Assembly: GCA_002269645.1 (NCBI GenBank)
Contig: NIVC01003865.1
Span: 1 to 64,000 of the forward strand
DNA: 64,000 nucleotides
Direction of reading: 5' to 3'
DNA from: Macrostomum lignano
Taxonomy: Eukaryota
The translations under genes were made by a program, and so were the position numbers. Shown here one piece after another: positions 48,101-60,200 of the stretch (positions within the stretch are counted from its first letter, which is position 1; each line of letters begins with the position of its first letter). The notes under the pieces are model-generated. The model saw nothing but the letters and a program-made list of their open reading frames with translations. It ran no database searches and was not told where the DNA came from.

Positions 48101-51100
48101 GATTGGCTGCGACATGTCGGGAGCACGAGAATTTCCCGCGACATTTTTCCCGCCGAGGTTTGCCCGCAAATGTTTTTTCCTGCAGCGCATTTGGCCAGCT
48201 AGAAGATTCTGTCTGCATTGCCACCCGCCAATGCTTAGTATTGCGTAAGTCTTAATAAAGAGATTTATGGAAGAAAGCGACATTGCATAGGCTTGAATTA
48301 ATATTTGCTCACCGATGTACCCCTGCGTGTATAGAGCATTGCGGGCAAACCTCAGCGAGAAAAAATACTCGGCGGGCAATTCTCATGGACCCGTACATGT
48401 CTGAGGATCAGAAAGTCAGGACCGCTGTACACCCTGGGTGAGCGTGTGTATGAGTGCGTGCCAGCGTACAGTATTGGCACGCTCGAATGTGCTCAGGAGC
48501 ATGTTTGGGCCCAACCTAGGGATTCACCCGGCCGTTTCTATAGGCAACACACACATGTAAGTCGCTATTGGACGGAATAGTAGTCACGTGACTGCTCTCA
48601 GCCAATAGCGACTTACATGTGTGTGTTGCCAATAGAAACGGCCGAGTGATTCCCAAGGTTGCGCATGTATGCAGTCAAGAGTCGGTGGATCATGGGCAGA
48701 ATTGCCGCAGCGCTGGTTGAGCGGGACGATGTCGCCGAAGACGTTGCGCCAGGGTATCTGCAGGCCCTCTCGTAAAATTAAAATTGTAATTCTTGTCCCA
48801 ATCTGCACTTGAAACATTCCAAGCCAGTCTGAGCTCCGCAATTTTTTCCCATTTCCCTTCCCCGAGACTCGCCTCATCCGCCAGACGGTCCCGCATGTCC
48901 GGGCACAGCCAGCTCGCCAGCAGCGACTGTCGGGCCCTGACCCGAGCGTCAATCACATCGCCGAGCTTCAGTAGGAACGGCGCCTTCGTCCAGGCGGCCA
49001 AATCGGGGTCGCCGCGGTCGCCGAGTCGCAGCGCCAGGCGGTCCTGGGAGGCGCGCAGCAGGCCGAGGGCGCGTCGGCAGACGGGGACCGGGGTGCAGTC
49101 GCCCGAGGCCAGCAGTCTCGATGGCAGCACGGCCCGATCGTTCCAATGGCAGAGCGAGCAGCAGCGCTGGCCGTAGTAGTGGCAGTAGCGAGCGGCACCG
49201 CTGTATGACGTCATCTCGGCGCCGCACTGGCCGCAGTGAGTTGCGCCCCGGATCTTCGATGCCCAGCTGCTGGACAGAAGCCGCTGGAACACGGGATGCG
49301 TGCGACTTTCTTTCAAATATATTTGCACCTGGCAAAGTCCTTTGATCCCACGAATCCCAATATGGACTATGGAGTACAATTCTGATCCCATAATGCACGG
49401 ACCCGACCATTCTCCTCGGCATTTATCCTCAATAAATAATTATCTGGTGATCGGCTCGCAATGATCAGACTAGTATTCCCCATGATAATCTAATCCGTCC
49501 TCATCGGGTGCAGGTCGTTTCGGTGAGTCAGTTCGATCGGTGACAGTCAGTTCGATCGGTGACAGTCAGTTCGATCGGTGACAGTCAGTTCGATCGGTGA
49601 CAGTCAGTTCGATCGGTGACAGTCAGTTCGATCGGTGACAGTCAGTTCGATCGGTGACAGTCAGTTCGATCGGTGACAGTCAGTTCGGTGACAAGTCATT
49701 TCGGTGACAAGTCAGTTCGGTGACAGTCAGTTCGGTGACAGTCAGTTCGGTGACAGTCAGTTCGGTGACAGTCATTTCGGTGACAAGTCAGTTCGGTGAC
49801 AGTCAGTTCGGTGACAGTCAGTTCGGTGACAAGTCAGTTCGGTGACAGTCATTTCGGTGACAGTCATTTCGGTGACAGTCAGTTCGGTGACAGTCAGTTC
49901 GGTGACAAGTCAGTTCGGTAACAAGTCAGTTCGGTGACAAGTCAGTTCGGTGACAGTCAGTTCGGTGACAAGTCAGTTCGGTGACAAGTCAGTTCGGTGA
50001 CAAGTCATTTTGGTTACAAGTCAATTTGGTTACAAGTCAGTTCGGTGACAAGTCAGTTCGGTGACAAGTCAGTTCGGTGACAAATCAGTTCGGTGACAAG
50101 TCAGTTCGGTGACAAGTCAGTTCGGTGACAGTCAGTTCAGTGACAAGTCAGTTCGGTGACAAGTCATTTCGGTGACAAGTCATTTCGGTGACAAGTCAGT
50201 TCGGTGACAGTCAGTTCGGTGACAAGTCAGTTCGGTGACAAGTCAGTTCGGTGACAAGTCAGTTCGGTGACAAGTCAGTTCGGTGACAAGTCAGTTCGGT
50301 GACAAGTCAATTCGGTGACAAGTCAGTTCAGTGACAAGTCAGTTCGGTGACAGTCAGTTCGGTGACAGTCAGTTCGGTGACAGTCAGTTCGGTGACAAGT
50401 CAGTTCGGTGACAAGTCAGTTCGGTGACAAGTCAGTTCGGTGACAAGTCAGTTCAGTGACAAGTCAGTTCGGTGACAAGTCAGTTCGGTGACAAGTCAGT
50501 TCGGTGACAAGTCAGTTCGGTGACAAGTCAGTTCAGTGACAAGTCAGTTCAGTGACAAGTCAGTTCGGTGACAAGTCAGTTCGGTGACAAGTCAGTTCAG
50601 TGACAAGTCATTTTGGTTACGTTGCTCGTATTCTGTTTGCCATCGAACCAGCTGAAATCCTTTCTTCATCAGGACAAAAAGTCTGAGAACTTGTACGAGC
50701 TAACTAGGCCTTAGAAGCTTCATCCACTACCAGCAATAATAGCACAGATGGAGATGTAAGTGATGATAAAACGATAAAACAAATACATAGCTTACCGGCG
50801 GTCCCCAGTCCAGCTTGGCTTCTCCACTGTCCACCATCGCCACCGGGCAGCTGTGCACCCGGTTCTTACCGGCGCCAGAGGACGCACCCTGTTCCAGCAG
50901 GCAGGCCCGGTGAAGGCCCAGGCCGCACAGTCTGCACCGGTAGTGCTGAGGCCTGCCGCCTGCAGTGCCACCAGCAGCCCGGCCAGTGGCGGCCAGCACC
51001 AGCCAGCTCTGCAGCGACAGCAGCCGCTTCGCGCACTGTTCGCACCGGTCGCTGCATGCGATTTCGGCAGAAGTACCGGCCGGTCTGTTGCTGGTGGTGG

Positions 51101-51170
51101 TGGTGGTTAGACTTAGCCGGCCTGCTGTCACCGGTTGAAGGCTGTGGCCGCGAAATACGAAGCAGGTCAT
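45162..51170 (-). CDS. DEF8: DEF8/PLEKHM-family protein: C1 domain + Rubicon-homology zinc-binding domain, 4 exons, ~500 aa
   Basis: Exons (minus): 51170-50796 (C1: HSL..CEQC..YRCRLCGLGLHRAC..C), 49328-48873 (CGQCG..RYCHYYGQRCCSLCHWNDRAVLPSRLL), 46657-46297 (HRAACLSC..CPVC..CHGCDSLYH), 45466-45162 (tentative last exon). Phases match if intron 2 uses a GC donor. The start codon and last exon are less certain. Confidence 0.8.
45610..46225. repeat. ~20-bp minisatellite (CACATGATGCAACCTTCTTA) with an internal 290-bp duplication
   Basis: TTTTTATTGAATTATTTAATGACACATTGTAACC... occurs at both 45591 and 45881. Confidence 0.92.
47064..48073 (-). mobile_element. Internally deleted mariner-type transposon with ~210-bp inverted repeats
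   Basis: Ends CGAGGG(G)TGTC.AAAAAGTAGTGATAC / GTATCACTACTTTTTGGACACCCTCG|TA. Inverted homology extends over ~47064-47284 vs ~47871-48073. ORF 47640-47281 encodes the mariner N-terminal HTH region (TVYRWMEQF..GRTDLADQHRTGRP..MTIREIADRL..STIHR) and stops before WVPHEL and the DD34D domain. Confidence 0.9.
48513..48660. other. 148-bp foldback: 59-bp arms with a 30-nt loop containing a second palindrome
   Basis: 48513-48571 vs 48602-48660 are reverse complements with 4 mismatches. The loop contains AGTAGTCACGTGACTGCT. Confidence 0.95.
49525..50620. repeat. 15/16/19-bp minisatellite (GTCAGTTCG[ATCG]GTGACA[A]) in DEF8-like intron 1
   Basis: Direct reading. A 19-bp variant block at the left grades into 15-16-bp units. 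Confidence 0.97.
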
Positions 51171-52197
51171 TACAGATTTATTTGACTATTGATTAACCGA
51201 TAGTAAAAGTTGCAGGTTTTATTCTTTCTGAAATGGCTATCGCGCGTGTCTTCCAGTCTTCTTTTGCCCTCGCTTCACCCTTGTTAATTCAGTTTGTTCT
51301 GTTCTGTCTCTCTCTCCCTCTCTCCTGTCTTCCTAGCCTCCCTTTTCTTTTCTTCTTGTGGAATAGCATTGGCTGCGGTTACGTAATCTCCCTTGACTCA
51401 CCTTGCCCCAAAGGCAAGTCGGAATTCTGGCCTTATTATTGGAGCCTGCACAGGGAGGGGGGGCAGTGTACAAATGTTGTGCGAGTCCCCGATATGACGT
51501 GATATAGCTATATGGAGTGGGAATGAGTCATATTATCAAAGAAATATAGGCTTGCTTTCTACTGTGGAATTACGCGATCGAGCTAATATTATACAGCTGT
51601 AATTTTAAGCACAAGTAATTTTATACGTAGAAGTAAAAAGAAAGATGATGGCTCGATCGATCTTTTCTAAGTTGCACACGCGAAATTTGTACGCGTGTGT
51701 CAAAATTGCTATGTCATAAATAATTGGGGGATATGCATCCAACCGTCCATAAATCTCTCTATACCTTATACTGTTTGGTTTGCTTGCATATATATATGAT
51801 AAAATAAGTCCTGATCACAATAAATGTTTCTCTCAATGTTTTTGAGATAAAAACAATTGCTGAGCAGGCAGTTCAACAGTTTCTTGCGATGATATAGCAC
51901 AATTGTCTATAGTCTATACTTTCAGTACGTGTTAAACAATGTAATTAAAGCCAAAGGCTGATAAGAAATTCCATATTTAAATTCTTTCTTTATTCCTTAT
52001 TTATATGGGCAAGAAACAGCAGGTGCACTTATAGTTGTTGAACATGCAGAAGCCTAATATTTTATGTTTAGTGCTTAAGAATAAGGTTTTCATGGGCTCA
52101 TCATATTATTATTGGTGGTAGCATGGGCAAGTCAGGTGGTGGGAATGATGGAAAGCGCGTTTGGACACCGACCGCATTGGATAGTATTGCGTGCAAA

Positions 52198-54394
52198 GGG
52201 GATGTCAACTTAAGCACCAGAATGGAGCCCGAAGTTCAGCTCCGGACCAAACCGACTGCAATCGATAACTTGTCGGCCTAGACGACTAGAATCGCCGAGA
52301 CATCCCATCCGGCTCCCTTCCTTGGGGTCCCAGGGGATAAAGGGGATAAAATGGGGATCTCATGTCAACTTAAGCACCAGAATGGAGCCCGAAGTTCAGC
52401 TCCGGACCAAACCGACTGCAATCGATAACTTGTCGGCCTAGACGACTAGAATCGCCGAGACATCCCATCCGGCTCCCTTCCTTGGGGTCCCAGGGGATAA
52501 AGGGGATAAAATGGGGATCTCATGTCAACTTAAGGCTCTGGAATGGAGCCCGAAGTTCAGCTGCGGACCAAACCGACTGCAATCGATAACTTGTCGGCCT
52601 AGACGACTAGAATCGCCGAGACATCCCATCCGGCTCCCTTCCTTGGGGTCCCAGGGGATAAAGGGGATAAAATGGGGATCTCATGTCAACTTAAGCACCA
52701 GAATGGAGCCCGAAGTTCAGCTCCGGACCAAACCGACTGCAATCGATAACTTGTCGGCCTAGACGACTAGAATCGCCGAGACATCCCATCCGGCTCCCTT
52801 CCTTGGGGTCCCAGGGGATAAAGGGGATAAAATGGGGATCTCATGTCAACTTAAGGCTCTGGAATGGAGCCCGAAGTTCAGCTGCGGACCAAACCGACTG
52901 CAATCGATAACTTGTCGGCCCAGACGACTAGAATCGCCGAGACATCCCATCCGGCTCCCTTCCTTGGGGTCCCAGGGGATAAAGGGGATAAAATGGGGAT
53001 CTCATGTCAACTTAAGGCTCTGGAATGGAGCCCGAAGTTCAGCTCCGGACCAAACCGACTGCAATCGATAACTTGTCGGCCCAGACGACTAGAATCGCCG
53101 AGACATCCCATCCGGCTCCCTTCCTTGGGGTCCCAGGGGATAAAGGGGATAAAATGGGGATCTCATGTCAACTTAAGGCTCTGGAATGGAGCCCGAAGTT
53201 CAGCTGCGGACCAAACCGACTGCAATCGATAACTTGTCGGCCCAGACGACTAGAATCGCCGAGACATCCCATCCGGCTCCCTTCCTTGGGGTCCCAGGGG
53301 ATAAAGGGGATAAAATGGGGATCTCATGTCAACTTAAGCACCAGAATGGAGCCCGAAGTTCAGCTCCGGACCAAACCGACTGCAATCGATAACTTGTCGG
53401 CCTAGACGACTAGAATCGCCGAGACATCCCATCCGGCTCCCTTCCTTGGGGTCCCAGGGGATAAAGGGGATAAAATGGGGATCTCATGTCAACTTAAGGC
53501 TCTGGAATGGAGCCCGAAGTTCAGCTGCGGACCAAACCGACTGCAATCGATAACTTGTCGGCCTAGACGACTAGAATCGCCGAGACATCCCATCCGGCTC
53601 CCTTCCTTGGGGTCCCAGGGGATAAAGGGGATAAAATGGGGATCTCATGTCAACTTAAGCACCAGAATGGAGCCCGAAGTTCAGCTCCGGACCAAACCGA
53701 CTGCAATCGATAACTTGTCGGCCTAGACGACTAGAATCGCCGAGACATCCCATCCGGCTCCCTTCCTTGGGGTCCCAGGGGATAAAGGGGATAAAATGGG
53801 GATCTCATGTCAACTTAAGGCTCTGGAATGGAGCCCGAAGTTCAGCTGCGGACCAAACCGACTGCAATCGATAACTTGTCGGCCCAGACGACTAGAATCG
53901 CCGAGACATCCCATCCGGCTCCCTTCCTTGGGGTCCCAGGGGATAAAGGGGATAAAATGGGGATCTCATGTCAACTTAAGGCTCTGGAATGGAGCCCGAA
54001 GTTCAGCTCCGGACCAAACCGACTGCAATCGATAACTTGTCGGCCCAGACGACTAGAATCGCCGAGACATCCCATCCGGCTCCCTTCCTTGGGGTCCCAG
54101 GGGATAAAGGGGATAAAATGGGGATCTCATGTCAACTTAAGGCTCTGGAATGGAGCCCGAAGTTCAGCTGCGGACCAAACCGACTGCAATCGATAACTTG
54201 TCGGCCCAGACGACTAGAATCGCCGAGACATCCCATCCGGCTCCCTTCCTTGGGGTCCCAGGGGATAAAGGGGATAAAATGGGGATCTCATGTCAACTTA
54301 AGGCTCTGGAATGGAGCCCGAAGTTCAGCTGCGGACCAAACCGACTGCAATCGATAACTTGTCGGCCCAGACGACTAGAATCGCAGAGACATCC
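52198..54394. repeat. 160/161-bp tandem array (~13.6 units) forming the left arm of the transposon
   Basis: ORF starts recur at 161/321/964-nt spacings. An inverted ~1.8-unit copy lies at 55399-55688. Confidence 0.98.
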
Positions 54395-54399
54395 GCTGT

Positions 54400-55398
54400 G
54401 CCACTATGTTCCGCTATGTGCTGCTTTGCTGCCATTAAGCAGGACTAATATGTTAACGAGAGGTACAAACCGTATCAGTGGCTGCCGTCAGCCGGCTTCA
54501 GTGAGCCCAGCCGATTAGACGTTGTTATCGAGACCTCGATGGCAAAGTACAACCGGGCGCATCCAGGTTTTGAATCATTTAAACAGCTTCCACCGTCATG
54601 GACAGGGCTATTGTTGTTCGAATTCGGTCAGAATTTCATGCGCCGAGTGTTCTTGTCCAACGAACTGGACGAAATTGAGCAGCTGCACTTCAACTGTGAT
54701 CTGAAGCGTGTTCCCCTGCTAACACAAGGGCATGGATTGCTGTCAACCCGCTGGATCCAAAAAGCTCGGGGTTCCCCCAATTCACACAGAGAATTTGTCA
54801 GAGGTTTCGGTGGGTCCGTATCAACTAAATCAAGCCGATGATTACATTCAAAACATTCGTGTCAAGGAGGTTCTCGGTAGCTACGAAGGTGACTCCTGGA
54901 GAGACTTTGAGTCGCTCACATCCGAACTTCCGAGCCACCTGAAGTGTTGGAAGTTTCGGCAAGAGACGCCGCTAGAAAACTGGAGCAACCTATTCGGTCG
55001 GTGGCATCCGTCTTGATTTTTCTAGCTGTCGTTTTCTCGCGCCATACTCGTAATTCGAAATCCTACCGCGTGATTCTTAGAGTGTGTGACAGCAGCAGAC
55101 AATCGCTTTGGTTTTAGAGATCCAGGATTGCAACTTCTTCATGGCTACTACTCATCAGCAAAAGCTGGAAGTAGGACTGCAGGCCGCCATTGTCATGTAA
55201 TGGCAGTGCTCAAACTCCTGGGCTGCTACGCTTACCACCAAGATAGCTATCGAAGGTCTGGTGCCAGCCTTCGCTTTGTTGATTCCGCTCTTCCACGCAG
55301 CCTTGTTGCCAGACTTTATGCCAGAGAAAATGCTTTACCACAGCAGCGGAAGCCTACTGAGCAACAGTCTAGCGGCCAGCAAGAGGAGTTTCAGTCAG
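54400..55398 (+). pseudogene. Frameshifted transposase C-terminal remnant with degenerate SWIM-type zinc finger
   Basis: Across frames: VPPIHTENLSEVSVGPYQLNQADDYI, FSRHTRNSKSYRVIL, GYYSSAKAGSRTAGRHCHVMAVLKLLG. From memory these resemble the GxYQLKQA..Y / SRH / WYCxCKxGxRTVGCCxH motifs that follow DDE_Tnp_4 domains. Confidence 0.65.
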
Positions 55399-55807
55399 CC
55401 CAAGGAAGGGAGCCGGATGGGATGTCTCGGCGATTCTAGTCGTCTGGGCCGACAAGTTATCGATTGCAGTCGGTTTGGTCCGCAGCTGAACTTCGGGCTC
55501 CATTCCAGAGCCTTAAGTTGGCATGAGATCCCCATTTTATCCCCTTTATCCCCTGGGACCCCAAGGAAGGGAGCCGGATGGGATGTCTCGGCGATTCTAG
55601 TCGTCTGGGCCGACAAGTTATCGATTGCAGTCGGTTTGGTCCGGAGCTGAACTTCGGGCTCCATTCTGGTGCTTAAGTTGACATCCCCTTTTGAAATTTG
55701 CACGAACTATACGAGGCCGTATATAATAGACCCTCATATAGTGGTAAGTGGTTCCAGTTTTGCCTGTTCAAAATGTATTCTTAGTCTTATTATTAAGGCT
55801 TAAAGTC

Positions 55808-55932
55808 ATGGCAGATACCAGCAGATACTGGTAGATACCATGCAGTAGATATGGCAGATACATGGCAGATACCAGCAGAGACCAGCAGAGACCAGCAGAG
55901 ACCAGCAGATACCAGCAGATACCAGCAGAGCC
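55808..55932. repeat. 10-bp repeat (CCAGCAGA[GT]A)
   Basis: Direct reading. Confidence 0.85.
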
Positions 55933-56420
55933 ATTGTAATGTCGCTGTGCAGAATTGCAAAAATTACTAAGCTGAGTAGCACCACCCTCAGAATGCTGTA
56001 CAGGGCATACGGAGAAAGCGCTCTCACCTATGGAGCGCCAATCCTGAGCCAAATTTGTGCGACTAACCAAATCAAATTGCAGAAAATTCAAAACCTGGCT
56101 CTCCGTATCTGCTATGGTGTGCCATCCTACATCAGCATCGAATACCTGCACAAGCTGGCAGGTATGCCGATGCTCGCAGACAGGGTCAAGCAGCTGGGGG
56201 TGGCTTGGCTGCTCTAGATGAGGGCAGCCAAGCTCCACAGCTTCCACATTGAGCCGGAAGCCCCTCGGGCTCCGGGCCGAACCCCCGTCCTCAATGTCCT
56301 CTGGGATGCCATGAGGCGTCGGGATAGAAACAGGGGATTCCCACCCCAGGGTTAGGCTGGCCACCAGCCTCCCAAACCGGAAGTGACCACGCTCTGAAAC
56401 GCAATTAATAAAACTAAACT
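55933..56420 (+). mobile_element. 5'-truncated LINE fragment (post-RT C-terminal region of ORF2)
   Basis: TLRMLYRAYGESALTYGAPI..IKLQKIQNLALRICYGVPSYISIEYLHKLAGMPML is typical LINE RT thumb/C-terminal sequence. One in-frame stop, followed by AATAAA. Confidence 0.75.
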
Positions 56421-57278
56421 TGCTGCCTGAGACAGAGATCGGCTGATCTGATCAGACACTAGGACTGATTAGGTAATCTCAAGTCTCCCTGCGCTCGTTT
56501 TTTTATACTGCTCAAACTGTGTTTTTATCCAACTGCTTTTACAAATATTCCTAATCGCTATTTTACACCTTTACTGCTAAATTCAAATATGCGCTATTGC
56601 ATCTTTAATCTCTATTTTTTACTTTAATGTCTTGCTTTTATTCTCAATAGGCCTTCAAATATCTAGCACGTATTTTTTAGATGTCCTGTTTTTATTAGAT
56701 CCCTTCTTTGTGCGGGATTTCCCTCCCCTCTTTTTTATCCCCAAATGCGTGCAAAATAGTGCAAAATATTGAAAAATTAGTTTTATATATGTATTTTTAT
56801 TTCAATATTCGTATAAATATTCAAATCGAAATCTGTAAATATTTTTAATTTTTTCGATCAAATACAAAATATAACTGCGGCAGAGTTCTTCGGAACGGAA
56901 CTGACCCGCGCCGGTTTCGACGGCACTTCGTTTTAACAACAAGGCCTAAAGTCGCATCGCAACGCAAAAATTTGTGAAATGGAGAATCTATACTAGCTTC
57001 ACATAACCCTATTGTAAGTTACATTTATTAAATCTATTAGTAGAAGAACATTAAAAAAATTAAGCAAAGTTTTGATTCACTGAGCAAGGAAAAATTTCAA
57101 AGAATAATTTTCCAAGAAACTAAATATTTTATACAAACTTTGCGGCAGATTGCGATATAACTAACTACAAGTAGTGAAAAACTAAAAGTTATAGAACTAA
57201 CAGACTAGCTATTAGCTAGTAAGGAGGCATCTAAGAAAACTAATTGACAAAGAAATCAAATTTCTATAATTCGCTCTT

Positions 57279-60200
57279 ATGGATCTCTTAAAACAAGAAA
57301 TACTACAACGCAAAAGAAAGCTCGAGGAGCTTAAAGTTCTGGTAAGATATATTTATTTTCTTTTTTAAATGTAATGTTTGTATTTCTATTTTAATCAATA
57401 TCTCAGCTTGCATCGCTGCCAAATTTTGTTTCAAAGTCATGCACAACAGTGCTGCTAGGGACTCAGGGATCCTCTGATATAGACATAATACCTTTTGTTG
57501 CTTTTTGTAAGCCTAACTCTATCTCTACTCTATGGAACAACATAGTCAGACCAAATAAGTAAGCACCACTTCTTGATAAATTAAAGGGTAAAAAATGCAC
57601 AAAAGTTTGTTAATAAATGAAAGATCAGATCTTCCACTTTTTAACAACTAAATTTTTTAATTCTTTTTTTACTAAATTAATTTTTTTACTAAGAGCCATA
57701 TTGCGGATTGTGTTACATGTATGCCAGAAAGTATTTGGCTATCTAGTAAAGTGTATGCTAGTAAATTAAACCAATTAATTGTTCTAGTAAATTGTATGCC
57801 ACTAAAAATTGTGTGATTAACAAGCACATAACCAATCAAACAAGCATTAAATGGCAAATAATAATTGTGCTGCAGAAAAACAAAATGTACATCATTTAAA
57901 AATGGAAATAATTAGTAAAACAAAAAAGTATACTTTTTATTAGTAACTATGGAAAAGCTAATTATATTATTTTTAAAAATAATTTATTGTCAATAAATTT
58001 AAAATTAACCTTATTACTGCATACAATTGTTTAGCGTAATTTATGCAATTATGACACATATTTCAATGCTTTTGTATACTGTGCCATAAGCTTCAACAAA
58101 TGTAGTTTAGAATTGTACGCCAATGATTGTGCCAGAAAGTTGTCTTTCCTCTTTGCATTTGTACGCCAGATATACACCAGTTAAAAGCATTTATTCTGGC
58201 ATATACTATACATTTCGCAATATGGACTAAGAGTAACACTTAATCTTAAAGTGTGGCTGCAATTATATATGTAAGTACTGAAAAATAAATAACTTTTTTG
58301 ATATACATTGGCTATACTTTGTCATAAGTTAAACATTAGCCTTACTAAAGCCAGGGGTATGGAAGCAGCAAGCCCTCCACTAGCTTTACTAAAGCCAGTG
58401 ACATTTGTAGTGACATTCCCTACTTAACAAGGCAACAAATAAACTAAATATAGTCCAATAAGTTTCTTAGTTATTAATATTTAGGATAAATACAAAAATA
58501 CATAAACAATATTTAACACAATACCCATTGTCCCATGTTGAAGACAATAAAGAAGGCTAGTGGGGGGACTAGCCACCCCTATACTCCTGGCTTTAGTATG
58601 GCTAGTGGGGAGGCTTGCCACCCCTATACCCTTGGCTTTGTAAGGCTATATAATGTTAACTCATAACAAAGCGTAGCTAGTATATATCAAAAAAATTATT
58701 TCTTTTTCAGTAGCTACATATATAATTGCAGCTGCACTTTAAGATTTAGTGTTTCTCTTAAAAATTTATTTAAATTTTTTTTAATTTAAAATAAAAAAAC
58801 TGCAACAACTTGGAATTTTAAACTTTTTACGCAATCACAAGGCAATTAACATATCCACAAAGCCACAATTTACTTATGAGAGATCCCTACAGAACACACA
58901 CATTTTATATAAATGATTATATACATGGCAGCTATGCCTATAAGCTCCAATATTATAAACAGGGATACCCACCATGTCTCTAAATGTGAATCCATTCAAT
59001 ATTAACAAGTTTCATTGACATGGCAGCTACATCTCTAATAGTGACTAGGTCCATACTTATAGACATATCCCTAGTCACTATTAAAGACATGGCCACTGTC
59101 TATAAGTTTCTGCATTATAGACACAGCCACTGTGTCTCTAAGTCTAGTGTAAAAATCTATACTATAGGTGAAAATAGAGATACTGCACTTACTGCTTGTT
59201 GCATTAGTTGTGTGCTTTTTAATCACGCAATATTTAGTGGCATACAATTTACTAGAATACTTGATTTGTATAATTTATTGGCACACATTGTATTAAATAG
59301 CCAAATACTTTCCAGCGTACATGTACCATATCTATAATACGGGACAAAGTGACTATTTAGCAAGGGTAGTGGTATTTGCTATTGACGAAGTGACCAGGTT
59401 TAGAGGTTTTACTGATTGGTCAGTTGACAAAATGACCAAGATCAATGGCTTACCACTTACCAGTTGTCAAAATGAAACAAATTTAGAATTACATTTACTC
59501 AATTGCAAATGCACTAAGCATTATTTCAAAAGTCTTCATATGTAAATTTTAATGTTAATATTTACTAACAAATTGTTTAGCTATTTTTTTATTTCCTTTA
59601 ATTTCTTTAAAAAATACCATTTCCTTTGCTGTAATTTATTGTAATTCAAGTATAAATTCAAATGTATGTATGTATTAGTGCAATTTGAAATTAATTAATA
59701 GCTGTTTCACTGCAGTGGTTCATTCATGATGTGAGAGTAAGAGTTGATTTAATAGAACAATTCTTGGCATAGATACAGCCATGAACATATCATATGTACA
59801 AGTGTACACAATACTGCATTGCATAATATATGTATATGTACAGTTGACAAATGCACAGTTGACAAAGTGACCACCATTTTAAAGTGTTGCAATTGTCAAT
59901 TGATGAAGTGGCCACTTTTTGAGATTCACTGATTGGCCAGTTGATGAAGTGACCTGAGAGCAATGGCTCCCCAGTTGACGAAATGCCAGTTGACAATTTG
60001 ACTAGGATCCTTTTGATATAGGGCCTAGCCCAAAGGCAAGATTTAGAACAAGTCAAGAGTCGAGTACTTGTGCAAGTGTTATGGCCCATAAATGAAGGGA
60101 AAGAATTAGGGATAGTTGTGCTCTAAGGGAAAGGAAAAGAGATTAGAGGCATAACAATTGAGCATTAAGAATCAAGTTAATAAAATATAAATTTTGGGAT

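Larger units (their letters stand above)
52198..55688 (+). mobile_element. 3.5-kb non-autonomous DNA transposon (PIF/Harbinger-ISL2EU-like remnant) with repeat-built inverted termini
   Basis: GGGGATGTCAACTTAAGCACCAGAATGG at 52198 and its reverse complement ending at 55688. The interior is a frameshifted transposase-like C-terminal region. Confidence 0.75.

Noticed and set aside
52511-54518. Repeated 68-126 aa ORFs (MGISCQLK…, MEPEVQLR…)
   Set aside because: They are translations of the 161-bp array.
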